Shown here: positions 48,767-59,928 of the stretch, piece by piece
Position numbering within the stretch: the stretch's first letter is position 1
How the letters are laid out: every line of letters starts with the position of its first letter
Origin: an uncultured delta proteobacterium
GTDB taxonomy: Bacteria; Myxococcota_A; Polyangia; Palsa-1104
Reading direction: 5' to 3'
Length of the DNA stretch: 64,000 nt
Assembly (NCBI GenBank): GCA_963785725.1
Contig: CAWAWS010000022.1
Coordinates: forward strand, 128,001-192,000
The notes under the pieces: generated by a model
What the model saw: only the letters and a program-made list of their open reading frames with translations
What the model was told of the DNA's origin: nothing
Database searches by the model: none
Program-made: the position numbers and the translations under genes

Positions 48767-50754
48767 TTGAGTCCCCCAACTGTGTGCAAGAGCCGATGGA
48801 GCTCGGCCATGATGGCTCGTTCGTTTCCGGCGGCGCCGGGCGCGTCGCTGCGCGCACGCTGGACGGCGGCGATGAGGGCGGCGATTGCCGGCTCGGGCTC
48901 GCCGCTGCGCGCCGCCAGCGCCTGCGCCAGTCGCGCCGGCTCGCCCGCGGTCACGCCGGCTCGTTGCCGCAGCCGCTCGAGCGCCCAGCCGCCCCACAAC
49001 GCGAGCGCGTGGCGGTAGGCGCGCGCCTTCCAGTACTGCATGCCGACGGCGCGTACATGTTCCGCGAACTCGCGTCGCTGCCGCAGCGGCGGATCCTGGC
49101 GCTGCCCGAAGGCGATGCCGCGATGGGCGAACAGCAAGAGCGCCACCAGCCCCATCTGCAGCATGAGCGCGCCCAGTCCGCCGGCCAAGAGCGCGCCGGC
49201 GGGCGATGTGGCCGCCATGCCCGTGGTCTCGTCGACGAGCTCGACCTCTTTGTCGTCGGCCAGGCGCAACAGCTCGAGCGCCAGCGTGCCGTTGTCGCCG
49301 GCGGTGAGCGCGCCGTTGGTGAAGAGCGCGCCGTCGGCCACGAAGATGAGGTCGCCGCGCTTCATGCCGCGCGACACCACGGCCGCGCAGTCGCGATCGC
49401 CGAGCAGCACCTGCTCGCCACCGACGACGCGAAAGCAGGAGCCGGACGGCGAAACGGCGTGCAGATCGCCGAGCGGAGGCCGCCAGAAGGGTGGCACCGT
49501 GAAGGTGTCGTGACCGGCGGGATGCAGCGTACGGCCGAGGTCGCTGTGGCTGTCGCTGCTCGTGAGGATGGCGACGCCGCCTTTGTCGGCCCAGTCGTTT
49601 ACCTCGGCGAGCTGCGCCTGGTCGAGCGGCACTGTGACGAGGAGGCCGCGGGTCGACGTGTCCAGCTTGTCGAGCGACGCGAGGCGATGGGTGAGCTTGC
49701 CGCCGTGCTGCGCGAAGAGTCGCCGTAATGCCGAGCGGCCCGCGGGCGCGTCATCGATCGGTCCGCGGCCACCGCGGCAGCCGCCGGCGCCGAGCGCCAA
49801 GCCGAGCAGCGCCAACAGCGCCAGCGGTCGCGCCAGCAGCGCCGTCACCCGGCCGAGCAGCCCGGCGTAGCGATCGGGCGATGGCGGCTCGGCACCGAAC
49901 TGCACGCGCTCGACGGCACCGACCACGTCGCGCAGCAGCGCCTGCAGCTCGGGCGACTTGCGCAGCGCGCGGACGTAGTCGCCGTTGGTGCAGTCGCGGC
50001 GGACACGCACGAGGCCGCGGCCCTCGAGATGGCGCAGGAGCGCGGCGTAGACGAGATCGATGGCGCGGGCGTGATCACCGGCGGCCGCGAGCCGGTCGGC
50101 GGCGGCGAGCAGGCGCGCGACGTCGCGCTCGGGCCCTTCGGCGCTGGCGACGATCACCGTCTCGGCCGGCCTCCCGTCGGCCGCGGGCTCGACGTCGCGG
50201 CGGGCGAAGAGGAAGCCGCCGGCGGCGACGAGGCGCGCCACCAAGAATGCCAGACCGCCCACCAGCATCAGGATGAAGCCCCAGAACACGAACGCCGCCA
50301 ACGACGACAGCCAGCCGCTCGCGAGCCACTGAGTCTCGGGCTCCTCGCCACGATAGAGCGCGCACGCGGCAGGCAGCTCGGGGCAGCGGGCAGCGACGGC
50401 GGCGCGGCACCAGCGAGCCTCGTCTGGCCGCAGCGGATAGCGCGGGTCGTGGCAGAAGCGGTAGGTCGGCTCGGCGAGCAGCCGCACGGCCTCCGCGCCG
50501 ATCGCCGTCCGATCGAGCGGCGGCGGCGGCCAATCCGGATTCTCGGGTGTCGTGGCCGCCTCGTTGCTGCTGTAGCTCTGGGTGTCGCCACCGTCGCTGT
50601 GATCGCGATCGCCGTCCGGCTCGTGGTGCGCGCCGCCGGACCGGTCGTGCTTGGCGTGACCCCCGACGACACCGCCATGCGCCGACTGGGCAGCCGGCGC
50701 CCCGACCGGCAGCGCGACCACGGTGCACAACGTGATGAGGGCGAGCGTCCTCAC
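48763..50754 (-). CDS. DUF4129 + DUF4350 fused membrane protein
   Basis: A..GD…AI…Y.A.L…L…TNGDY (DUF4129); DG.LFTN…DN, FG…EH..AVG..Y (DUF4350); typical position in this operon. Confidence 0.75.
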
Positions 50755-51590
50755 GGCAGCGGCTTCGTCGGCTGCCCCGTCGCCGTCGTCGCGGCCATGG
50801 TCGCGCGACTCGGCGACGCAGCCGCGGTCGCCTCGGTGTCCGCCTGCATCACCGCCGCGAAGCGCAGCTGCACGTCCCAGCCCTCGGTGCGCGTGCGCGC
50901 GTCGAGGTAGCCGATGAGCCGCGCGCAGGCCACGTAGGGCATCGCGAACAGCGCGCCCAGCATGAGAAACGGCGTATTACCCTCGGCCCAGGCAGCGGGT
51001 GCCGGCAGCATGAACGCGTACTCCAGCGTCGACGTGACCAGCAGCTGACCGTAAACCGCGACCGCCAGCGGCGCCACGGCCAAGAAAAAGCCGAGCCCGA
51101 AGGTCTTGCCCGGCTGCCGCGCCGCCAGCTGTCCCGCGCGCACGTAAGCATGCCCCGGTGAGGCGCCCTCCAAGAGCGTCGCCTCGTAGACGAACGGCCG
51201 CTGCAGCACCAAGAGGTAGCTGAAGACCGGCACCAGGAGGAGCACGCGCCACAGAAAGAGCATGCCGAGCAGCGACGGGAGACGACGCCCCCAGCGACGG
51301 AACACCTCGCCCACCGTGACCGCCTCGGCGAACAGGAGCTGGCCGGCGGCGATGGTGTAGAGCCCCGACAGCGGCGCCGCCAGCACGATGGCCACCCCGT
51401 ACAAGAGGAACCAGCGCGTGTGCAGCCAGCGATGGGCCGCGATCATCGCCAGCGCCAACGGCACCAGCGTCAGCGCCGACAGCTGCACGAACAGCCGTCG
51501 CTGCACGGTCAGGCACGCGCGCAGCGCCAAGTCGAGCATGTCGCTGAGGCCGCGCGGGCGCAGCACGATGCGGGCGTCACGCAGGTTCAC
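50751..51590 (-). CDS. conserved membrane protein
   Basis: LRPR…D.LDL at the N-terminus, YLDARTRTEGWDV at the C-terminus; overlaps neighbours. Confidence 0.8.
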   Translation of the reverse strand: MNLRDARIVLRPRGLSDMLDLALRACLTVQRRLFVQLSALTLVPLALAMIAAHRWLHTRWFLLYGVAIVLAAPLSGLYTIAAGQLLFAEAVTVGEVFRRWGRRLPSLLGMLFLWRVLLLVPVFSYLLVLQRPFVYEATLLEGASPGHAYVRAGQLAARQPGKTFGLGFFLAVAPLAVAVYGQLLVTSTLEYAFMLPAPAAWAEGNTPFLMLGALFAMPYVACARLIGYLDARTRTEGWDVQLRFAAVMQADTEATAAASPSRATMAATTATGQPTKPLP

Positions 51591-52554
51591 GACGACTCCG
51601 GTGCGGGCGGCCGACGAAACCGAAGTAGGCGCCGACGGCGAGCACGTTGACCGTGGCCACCGCCCACTTGATCGGCGGCGCCATCGCCGAGGGCGACCAA
51701 TAGCCTTCGATGAGCGCCGCGACGGCGAGCATCAGCGCGGCGCCCAGCACCAGCTGCGCGATCTCGCCCGCCTGCGCTCGCAGCGAGCCGAGCCGGGTGC
51801 GTCCGCCGGTGTCGACGAGCGCGAAGCCCATTTGCAGCCCAGCGGCGCCGGCGATCACGATGGCGGTCAGCTCGAACGGCGAGTGGCCGCAACAGAACGT
51901 GAGGATGTTGCCGCTGTGTCCGGCGCGGAACATGGCGCCAAAGACGGTGCCGATGGTGAGCCCGTTGTAGAGCAGGAAGAACAACGAGCCCAAGCCGGCG
52001 AGGATGCCGGTGGCGAAGCAGCGAAAGGCGATGCCGATGTTGTTCCACACGTAGAAGCCGGCCATGTTGGTGGCGACGTTGCTCTCGCGGCCTTCGTCGA
52101 AGCCTTTGGCGTAGCTGGCCTCCATCTGCGACAGCGTCTGCTCCGAGAGCACGCGCGCGGCGAACTCGGGCGAGCGCGCGCCGCCAGCGAGGCCGAGCCC
52201 GAAGGGAACGAAGAACAGCAGCGCAGCCGTCAGCAAGAAGCGGGCGCGGCGGCGGAACGTGCGCGGAAAGTCGCGTGTCACCAGCGCGACCGCCGCGTGC
52301 CAGTGATAGGGCGGCGCGGCGTAGAGCGCGTTGTGGGCGCGGGCGGCCAGCGCGTCGAGGAAGGTGCCGAGCTCGCGGCCGTAGCGGGCGGCCTCGGCGC
52401 GCATCAGGTCGGCGCACAGCACGCGATAGAGCGCCACCGCCCGCGAGATATCGGCGGGCGGCAGCTTGTGCAGCGCCGATTTGCGCTCGAGCAGCGCCGC
52501 CAGCTCATCCCAGTCGTCGTGGCGGGCTGCGACGAAGTCGTCCTCGCCGATCAT
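51577..52554 (-). CDS. SpoIIM-like (DUF95) membrane protein
   Basis: F…W.EL, YR….DL, NNIGIAF..FA.G, NG..IG, H..FELTAI..AG.AG, AALIEGY.SP. Confidence 0.9.
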   Translation of the reverse strand: MIGEDDFVAARHDDWDELAALLERKSALHKLPPADISRAVALYRVLCADLMRAEAARYGRELGTFLDALAARAHNALYAAPPYHWHAAVALVTRDFPRTFRRRARFLLTAALLFFVPFGLGLAGGARSPEFAARVLSEQTLSQMEASYAKGFDEGRESNVATNMAGFYVWNNIGIAFRCFATGILAGLGSLFFLLYNGLTIGTVFGAMFRAGHSGNILTFCCGHSPFELTAIVIAGAAGLQMGFALVDTGGRTRLGSLRAQAGEIAQLVLGAALMLAVAALIEGYWSPSAMAPPIKWAVATVNVLAVGAYFGFVGRPHRSRREPA

Positions 52555-53384
52555 CGTCGCCTCTCGTCCGCTGCCGCGCCAGCGTCGCGGGCGGTCGCGC
52601 CGCTGCCGCGCAAGCGGAGTGGACGGCTGGCGCCGCGGGCTCGCCGATAGACCAGCGCCAAAAAGCGCGACCCATCCGAGCCGAGGGGCACGCCCATGCG
52701 TGCGGCCAAAAGCGGCGCCAGCTGTTGCGCCAGCTCGGCCTCGCGCGCCAGCGACAGCGACTGCTTACGTCGCAGGAACAGCTCGATGGCCTCGAGCTCG
52801 TCGGGCGATAAGGGCGGCCGTGGCGGCAGCTCGTCGAGCTCCTCGGCCGAGAAGGCGAACGTCAGCGGCGCCGCGATGCTGCCGCGCTCTTCGATCACGA
52901 CCAGCGTGCCCGCGACCAGGTCGCCGAGGCGCCGGAAGTGCCCGTCGACGGTCATGACGATGAGGCCGAGCGCGTAGCCGACGGGCAGAAAGTCTGCCGC
53001 GCGCAAGAGATTACGCAGAACGCTGTCGACGAACGTGATGGGATAGCCGCCCTCTTTGATGACGCGCAGGCCGAGCGCGAGCTTGCCCAAGGTGCTGCCG
53101 CCGAACAGCGTCTCGCAGGCGACGTAGTAGCCCCACTCGAGCGCGAACATCGCCAATAGGAGCACGCCAGTGGTGCCGTGGCGGTCGATACCGAGCAGCA
53201 CACCGAGCGCGAACAGCACGCCGGCGATGGCCCCGCGGATCAGGAGATCGATGAGATAGGCGATGGCGCGCCGGGTCGGCCCGGCGACGGCGAAGCGAAA
53301 GCGGACCTGCTCGGGCGTCGCTACGTCGACGGTGTTGTCGAGCCCGGCACGGCGAGCGTGGTCGGTCGTGCGAGGCGGACGCAA
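52551..53384 (-). CDS. RDD family protein
   Basis: TPEQV…AGP.RR..AY.ID, G.T.GK..LGLRV, RN.LR..D, RRLGDLVAGT. Confidence 0.92.
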   Translation of the reverse strand: MRPPRTTDHARRAGLDNTVDVATPEQVRFRFAVAGPTRRAIAYLIDLLIRGAIAGVLFALGVLLGIDRHGTTGVLLLAMFALEWGYYVACETLFGGSTLGKLALGLRVIKEGGYPITFVDSVLRNLLRAADFLPVGYALGLIVMTVDGHFRRLGDLVAGTLVVIEERGSIAAPLTFAFSAEELDELPPRPPLSPDELEAIELFLRRKQSLSLAREAELAQQLAPLLAARMGVPLGSDGSRFLALVYRRARGASRPLRLRGSGATARDAGAAADERRR

Positions 53385-53395
53385 CGTCGTCGGAC

Positions 53396-53962
53396 TTAGA
53401 GCTGCTCGAGCGTGATCACCTTGGTACCGGCGATCAGGTCGTGAAGGCAGCGTCGCTGGGTGGTGAAGATCGCGAGCGCGTCGATGGAATTATAGATGTT
53501 GCCGATCGACTGCAGGCCGATCGCGGTCAACGCCGTGCCGGCGAGGAACGGCACCCACGTGCGCAGCAGCACCGCCGACACGAAGTCGACCGGGCTGCCG
53601 TCCAATTTGACGATCTTGATCTTGCTCCAGCGCTTGCCGAGCGACTGACCGGTCGTCGTCTCCAGGTACCACTGGTAAATGGCCAGCGGGAGGCAAGCGA
53701 TGAAGACGGCAGCGAACAGCCCCAGCATGCGCGCCGGTGACTTGAGCGCCGCCGGATCGAACGGAGCCGAGCGCAGGAAAATGCCGACGAAGGCGCCGAT
53801 GACCAGCAACGGCATGAAGAGCAGCCCGTCGAGCATGCGGGCGCCAAAGCGGGTCCAGCGGCCCGCCAGCTGCCCGCCGGCTCCGTCGGGGATCAGGCGA
53901 GGATCGAGATTGGCCGTGGGCGGAGCAAACGGATCGAGCGGCGCGGGTGATGAATTAGCCAC
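53396..53962 (-). CDS. RDD family protein
   Basis: LAGRWTRFGARMLD, GQSLGK, RRCLHDLIAGT. Confidence 0.9.
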   Translation of the reverse strand: MANSSPAPLDPFAPPTANLDPRLIPDGAGGQLAGRWTRFGARMLDGLLFMPLLVIGAFVGIFLRSAPFDPAALKSPARMLGLFAAVFIACLPLAIYQWYLETTTGQSLGKRWSKIKIVKLDGSPVDFVSAVLLRTWVPFLAGTALTAIGLQSIGNIYNSIDALAIFTTQRRCLHDLIAGTKVITLEQL

Positions 53963-54189
53963 TAGGACACCTCGATTTTGGACAAAATCCGAGCATCTAT
54001 TCCACGCATCGAGGCGTCAAGCGAAAGCTGTCGCCGATTGTGATCGCGAACACCAAGGTCCGCGCGCCGCGGACCGGCTCGCCCACCGCAGCGTACACGG
54101 GCGCCAGGCGATCGCGTCGATCCGGTCCTCGCGACATCGCCTTTCCGCTTTCAGAACCAGAGAGGCGGATTACCGCGAGATCGACGACT

Positions 54190-54714
54190 TCATGACCGTT
54201 CGACGCTCGCGCCCAGGCTGACGAGAAGCTCGTCCAGTTGCTCGAACGTCTCGCCCATTGCGCTCTCCATCCCGGCGTTGGCTTCGAGCGCTTCCTTCGA
54301 GGGATAGAGCTCGTGCAGGACCAGCAGCGTCTTGCCGCCTTTGTCCTCGAAGGTCACTGTGGTGACGGCGCCGCCAGCACTCTCGTCATTGGTCCATACG
54401 AGGCGCGCGTGCGGTGTCACCTCGAGGTACTTCCCGTGGAACGCCACCGGCTCGGCGTCGCCGTGGCTGTACACGAAGCGGTAGCCGCCGCCGACCCGGA
54501 CATCCGCCTCGCAGGAGAGCAGGGACATCCCCATCGACTCCATCGACTTCGGTGCCCACCACCGCTTGAGCAGCTCGGGCTTGGTCCACGCCTCGAACAC
54601 GATGCGCGCCGGGCCGTTGAAGGTTCGCGTGACCACCAGCTCTCGCTCGGACTTCCGTTCCACCGTCGTGTGGCTCTTCATGGCAATGGGCTCACTCTCT
54701 CTTTTTGTGTCCAT
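54190..54714 (-). CDS. SRPBCC/AHSA1-like protein (start may be 54681)
   Basis: ELVVTRTFNGPARIVFEAWTKPELLKRWW…DVRVGG.YR…LDELL. Confidence 0.92.
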   Translation of the reverse strand: MDTKRESEPIAMKSHTTVERKSERELVVTRTFNGPARIVFEAWTKPELLKRWWAPKSMESMGMSLLSCEADVRVGGGYRFVYSHGDAEPVAFHGKYLEVTPHARLVWTNDESAGGAVTTVTFEDKGGKTLLVLHELYPSKEALEANAGMESAMGETFEQLDELLVSLGASVERS

Positions 54715-55058
54715 CGGCTTTCTCCTTCCGTTTCAGCTCCTCGACAACCTGGTCCAACGCATCGAAGCGTGCGTCCCAGAGCTGGCGGTACCTCTCGAAT
54801 CCATGCCGTCTCTTCCTCGAGTCGGCGCCGGCCGAGCTTGCAGGTCCGCACGCGCCCGACCTTCTCCGTGGTGACGAGCCCCGCCTGCTCCAGCACGCCC
54901 ACGTGCTTCTTCATGCCCGTGAGGGTCATGTGGAACTTCTCGGCGAGGTCGGTGATGGAAGCGTCGGCACGTCCGAGCTGCTCCAGAACGCCACGTCGGG
55001 TGGCGTCCGAGAGCGCGGCGAACGAGACATTTAGGCCGGCCTTCGAATGCTGAACCAT
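54692..55058 (-). CDS. ArsR/SmtB regulator (apparent +1 indel at ~54799)
   Basis: FAALSDATRR…KHVGVLEQAGLV…GRVRTC; removing one base restores WIERYRQLWDARFDALD…*. Confidence 0.88.
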
Positions 55059-55546
55059 CTGGTTCAGTGTTTACCGCGCCGGTTGGCCGCATGCAAGGGG
55101 AAACGCTCGCGTCGTCGCTGCCATTCGAGTCGGCGTTGGCCCCATCGACCTTCGGCCGCTGGGCGTGATCGCCGGCGACAATGAGCGGCGCGGGGACGCT
55201 GCTCATTGCGAATAAGATTCCGGGTATCGGACGCCGCGAAGGCGACGCTGCGGAATGCGGTGGGACGTCCTTGACCTCGGCCGCCCGCATCAAGTGTCGT
55301 TGCCTTTACGCTGGCGCTGGAGTGATCCCGAGGATCGAACCCAGACGGCCGCACGCGCCATCGTCGCGCGCAATTGAAGACAACACCAAAGACGCGACTC
55401 TCATTCCGTCGCCAGAAGAGCGTGTAATCGCGTTCGCGCGTCACGTCCGCTACGCAGCGCCGCCGCCCCGATCAGCGCGAGTTGTCGCGATTCGCCGCTT
55501 GGCACGTCTCTTCCAAGAGGCGCATCGCCAGGAGGGCGCAGCCATC

Positions 55547-56113
55547 ATGATTGAAGCGCATGTCGAAACGCTGGCTCGCGAATCATCTTCGGTCCGCGAA
55601 CGCGAGCGCGCACCCGCTGTCGGCTTGCCCACGTGGGCGACGCCCGCGATCGTCGTCGCCGCGACGGGGTTGTTCGCGCTGGTCGTCAATCTCGTCCATC
55701 TCGGCTTCGCCAAACAATGGACTGATCCCATCGGCTACGTCGGCGCGATCTTGAAGCCGCTCATCCTCACGCTGCCCGGTTACCTCGTGCTGCGCCTCGT
55801 GCTCGGTGGCGCCAAGCTGGAAGAAGAGCTCGCCGGCATCGCGCGTGCGCTCCAGCACGCCTCGCTCGCGATCGCCTGTTATGCGCCGGTGATCTGGTTT
55901 TGCCTCGTGACCTCGCCGACGCCGACCTTCCCGATTCTCGCGTTCTCGTTTGGCGCGATTGCGTTTTGGGTGCCGCTCGCCTACGACGTCGCGCGCCGGG
56001 TTGCGCGTGACCGCGGCGGCCTCGTCACCGCGCTGTGGCTGCTCGTGATGCTGTTCACTGAAGCGCGATCGCTGCTCGGCTGGCTCGCGTCGAACCTGGG
56101 GAGGGTGTCATGA
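55547..56113 (+). CDS. multi-pass membrane protein
   Basis: RBS AGGAGG; about five hydrophobic helices; ATGA overlap with the next gene. Confidence 0.7.
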   Translation: MIEAHVETLARESSSVRERERAPAVGLPTWATPAIVVAATGLFALVVNLVHLGFAKQWTDPIGYVGAILKPLILTLPGYLVLRLVLGGAKLEEELAGIARALQHASLAIACYAPVIWFCLVTSPTPTFPILAFSFGAIAFWVPLAYDVARRVARDRGGLVTALWLLVMLFTEARSLLGWLASNLGRVS

Positions 56114-56754
56114 TCGCAGCCGTTCGTCGTATTGCCGACTTGATTCGACCTGGCGCCGAGTCGTCTTCCGATCCGCGCGACACGCTCGCGATCGACCTAC
56201 TGGTGTCGACCATCGGACTCGGCCTCTTCGGCGTCGCGATCGCGGCGCACGGTGGTCTCGGCTGGCGACTCCTCGTCGGCGGCAAGGTCGCGCTCGCATT
56301 CTTGCTCGCGTTCGTGCTGGCGCTGGCGCCGCTCTACGCATTGACGCGCTTCTTCGAGGTCAAGACCGCGTTCGGCGAGATCGTCGGCGCATTCGCCCAC
56401 CATCTGGCGCTCGGTGGCATCTTCGCCGCTTCGTTCGCGGGGCTGTTCTGGCTGGTGCGCCGCGGCGATCCGGCGTTCGACGGCGCTCTCACGCTCGGCT
56501 TCGTCGCCTTGATCTTGGTAGCGGTCCTCGTCTTTCGTGCGCGCAGCGGCGTGCGCTGGTTGCCGCCGTTTCCGGCGCTGCTGGCGGTCACGCTCTTCCT
56601 CGGCATGCTCGCCCAGAGCGCCTGGGCGCTCCGGCCGTATATGGACCCGCACGCGCCAACCCTGTTCGAAGCGAAGGCCGAATGGTTCAGCGGCGCCGGG
56701 CGCGCGCAACTCGAAGACGCGATCCGCACGCTCGGCGCGTCAGACCAGCACTGA
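56110..56754 (+). CDS. multi-pass membrane protein (Yip1-like topology, QxxWxLRP motif)
   Basis: About five TMs; K…L…LAPLY and AQSAWALRPY motifs. Confidence 0.7.
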   Translation: MIAAVRRIADLIRPGAESSSDPRDTLAIDLLVSTIGLGLFGVAIAAHGGLGWRLLVGGKVALAFLLAFVLALAPLYALTRFFEVKTAFGEIVGAFAHHLALGGIFAASFAGLFWLVRRGDPAFDGALTLGFVALILVAVLVFRARSGVRWLPPFPALLAVTLFLGMLAQSAWALRPYMDPHAPTLFEAKAEWFSGAGRAQLEDAIRTLGASDQH

Positions 56755-56761
56755 GGCCAAG

Positions 56762-57374
56762 ATGAGCATCGCGTTCTCGCTCGCGATCTACCTCATCATC
56801 GGAGTTGCCGCGTGCGCGTGGCTAAAGAGCCAGGCACGACTTCCGCCCGGCTTGACTGCCCAAGTCACCGCAGTTTTCATGTGGCCCGCTTACGTTCCGG
56901 TGAGTCTAGCCGCTGCGCCGCGGCATTCGTCTCCGCAGAGCCGCCGGCCTGCCGCAACCACGCGACGCCGCATTCGAGAGCGTGCGGCGTCAGCTCCAAC
57001 GAATGCCGCTCGAGCCGGCGCGGAGACGCGACCACCTCGCCGTGGTCGATGGCCTCGAGCGCGCGTTCATGGATCGCAGAAACGAAATCGCGCGCTGGCG
57101 CTCCGCGCGGTCGCGCCTGGCCGAGCTGGCGGCCGAGGTCGGTGGCGACGGCCGCGCCTTCGCCGCCGAGGAGAACGCACGGCTAGAGCGCGCCGCAAAC
57201 GACGCCGAGCGCGACCTCGCGCACGCGCGCGAATCGATCGTGCGGCTGACTTTGCGCCTCGAAGTCTTCGGGTTGCGCACCTCGCACGAGTCACTTGACG
57301 GCGAGCTCACGACCTTCGTCGATGAGATCGACGCTCTCCTCAACGCGCGCGAAGAAGTCGAACGCGTCACCTGA
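56762..57374 (+). CDS. N-terminal TM + coiled-coil protein (frameshift between ~56910 and 56980)
   Basis: MSIAFSLAIYLIIG…FMWPAY in one frame; helical FESVRRQL…REEVERVT* in the +1 frame. Confidence 0.55.
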
Positions 57375-57724
57375 TGGGGGGCGCCGAACCTCCGACCTCT
57401 TGTAGCGCGTTGCAGACCGCGAGCGCGCCTAGACCAGTGGGAATTGTGCCCCGTAGGTTGTCAGAATTCTCCGCCGCGCAATTCTGCCAACCACGGAGGG
57501 CCAGCTGCGATCGCTCGAGCGGCAACGCAGCGCCGGCGGCACCGACTGTGGTGTCGACAGCGGCAGCGCCGCATGAAGCAGCGAGATCTGTTCCGCTCGA
57601 TCGTCACGCCAATAAGGATCTCCGCTGTCGCCATGTCCACTGACCGGCAAGGTACGGCGCCATTCCATGCCGGAGAGCTCGTCGTCGCTGACCAGCAGCG
57701 GCGAGAGTGGACCGCGGGCCAGCA

Positions 57725-58351
57725 CTATCGCTCGGGGAGCAAAGTGGTAATCCGATTGGTCCATCCTGTGGCGAGGTCGCCTCCACAATCGAAATCGGTT
57801 GCGATCATCTTTTTGATGTCGTGCGCAGCAGCGTATGTGGGAAGCCACGCCGAAGCTCCTGGCCTCGACTCGCACAATCGCATGAGCGCCGAAAGGAGCT
57901 TTTTGGAGTAGGCAGCGAAGCTTTCGGGTGGCCAGCCCAGCTGAGAGACGGCGGCGATATCGACCGCACAGCGCCGGTCGATGCGCTCACGGGCTCGGGA
58001 ATCGAAGTCCGGATCGGTGAGCGACGCGACGGCAGCGAGCTGTGGCGAAACCCAGCAAGGGCGATCGAGTGCAGCCCAGAGCGCCTCCAATCGCACGCGG
58101 TTCTTTCCGAACACGAGAAGCGCGACCGCTCCCACAAGTTGAGGTTTCCAGCTGTGATCAGAAAGGAGGGCCGCCAGCTCGGCATCGAGGCAACTGCCGC
58201 TTCTTTGGCCTGAAGTGCGCAGTTGCTCGATCGCTGCACGCGACTCTGAGGCATAGAACAAGTTCAGCAAGCACAGGTAGGCGGGCGGGGAATCGCTACG
58301 GCTGGCGGTGAACATAGGCTCGAAGGACGGAAAACGGGCGAGCTGTTCCAT
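57725..58351 (-). CDS. hypothetical protein
   Basis: 208-aa ORF (YL.L…LL….WKPQLVGA…WVSPQLA). Confidence 0.55.
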   Translation of the reverse strand: MEQLARFPSFEPMFTASRSDSPPAYLCLLNLFYASESRAAIEQLRTSGQRSGSCLDAELAALLSDHSWKPQLVGAVALLVFGKNRVRLEALWAALDRPCWVSPQLAAVASLTDPDFDSRARERIDRRCAVDIAAVSQLGWPPESFAAYSKKLLSALMRLCESRPGASAWLPTYAAAHDIKKMIATDFDCGGDLATGWTNRITTLLPER

Positions 58352-58374
58352 AAGTCACCATTGTACCCCCTTCA

Positions 58375-58660
58375 TTACGTCGACGAGGGGCGCCTCAATG
58401 CGCAAAGCGCGGCGACAGGGTTGCGCGTCGTGAGGAGATTGGACCACTCGCCGTCGAGCTGGCTGCGGAGCGAGACGCCAGTGAAGTTCCAGAAGCTGCC
58501 ACCGACATAGAGGTTGTGCACGCGGGGATGCGCAATGACCGATCCGCCGTGATTAAGCATGGCCTCGGGGCAAGTGTCATTGGCGTGCGCGGTCGATGAC
58601 AATGCGATGGCCGACGTGCCTTGGATCGCGAACGAGGCGAGCCTTGACCTGGACCTGTCG
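58375..58660 (-). pseudogene. truncated secreted Phi-1/EXORDIUM-like protein
   Basis: …AHA-NDTC…LNHGGSVIAHPRVHNLYVGGSFW, then ends after a short stretch. Confidence 0.35.
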
Positions 58661-58926
58661 CAATGCCGTTCGGTTAAGACTAACCTTGGATCATTCGATC
58701 ACTTGCATGTATGCCCACCGTCGCCAATTCGGCCGCGCAGCGATCGGCTGTCGTCGGGGTCGCTATCGGCAATTGGCGCTAGCCCCCGATTCAGTCGCGC
58801 CAGGCGAGCCACGCCGATCGCTGGAAGACTGCATGATCGGCGCTAGCGTAAGCGCAGCCGATTCCGTGCCGCGCGAGTCACAGACGGGAACGACACGCAC
58901 GGCTAAGGTCGCGGCAAGGAGAAGCC

Positions 58927-59781
58927 ATGACCATGACCGAATTCGCGCCCAGGATGCTTGCCGCCTCGCTCGTGCTCGCCGTCGGTTGCAGCGCGGCGCC
59001 CGAACGCCCGGAGACGCTCGCCGCCGAGCAAGCCGCCGCCGCCGACCCGCTCGTCGCCGGCAATCGCAGCGCCGACAGCGCGCTCAACTTGATCACGCGC
59101 GTCAAGAGCGCGACCGGCAGCATCGTCGAGTTCTACGAGCCGACGCCTGGCGACGTCATCATCAGCGAAGCCGGCGGCGACGGCGTGCTGCCCGTGCGCG
59201 ACGATCTGCGCAAGCTCATGCCGACGGCGGTCTATCAGCTGGTCGCGCCGCAGCTTCCGGTACCGGACAAGCTGCGGGACGCTGAGCTGCGCCTGCGTCA
59301 GCTGGCGTCGTCGTCGCCGACGCGAGCGTCGTCCGCCGCGAGCGCGCCCGCGGCGCCGACGACTGCGCCGGCAATCGTCAACCACACGGTGAGCCCGCTC
59401 GCCGTCGATCCCAACGCCTTCTGCGGCCGCCAATGGTTCACCGACAACGTCAACGACGCCAGCTTCGACTGCAGCGGCTCCGGCGCCCCCTTCATGTGGT
59501 GCCAGTACGACATCGGCACCGGCGCGTCGGCGCAAGGCAACAACATTTACCTGGACGCTGCCGAGCTCTGCGTCGCGGCCGGCAGCGGCAACGAGCTCAC
59601 CGTCAGCCGCCAGGGCGACGACAACTCGGGCGGCGCCTGGAGCATGCCTTCGCCGAGCTGGCGTTGGTTCTCGCACCTGGCCGCGTTCAACCTTTTCATC
59701 GGCTACAACCACTACAACATTCAGGTCGTCGAGAGCGGCAGCTGGGGCGACGTTCAGTTCGCCGGCCACTTCGCCTGGTAG
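58927..59781 (+). CDS. hypothetical lipoprotein
   Basis: RBS AAGGAG, lipobox AVGC, Cys/Trp-containing beta-rich C-terminal domain. Confidence 0.8.
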   Translation: MTMTEFAPRMLAASLVLAVGCSAAPERPETLAAEQAAAADPLVAGNRSADSALNLITRVKSATGSIVEFYEPTPGDVIISEAGGDGVLPVRDDLRKLMPTAVYQLVAPQLPVPDKLRDAELRLRQLASSSPTRASSAASAPAAPTTAPAIVNHTVSPLAVDPNAFCGRQWFTDNVNDASFDCSGSGAPFMWCQYDIGTGASAQGNNIYLDAAELCVAAGSGNELTVSRQGDDNSGGAWSMPSPSWRWFSHLAAFNLFIGYNHYNIQVVESGSWGDVQFAGHFAW

Positions 59782-59822
59782 CGCGCTCTACGGCATGTCC
59801 GGCATGCCCGGCGAGAGCGCGC
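59781..59822. terminator. GC-rich hairpin between convergent genes
   Basis: GCGCGCTCT…GGCATG…CATGCC…AGAGCGCGC; no U-tract. Confidence 0.35.
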
Positions 59823-59928
59823 GCAGGTGCCAGTCACGCGCTGAGCCGCAGCGCAGCGCCTAATCGCAATGCCGTGGAAACGGCGGGGCGCTAGAATATT
59901 TCCCGGCTTTCCGGTCGAATCGACGCGA

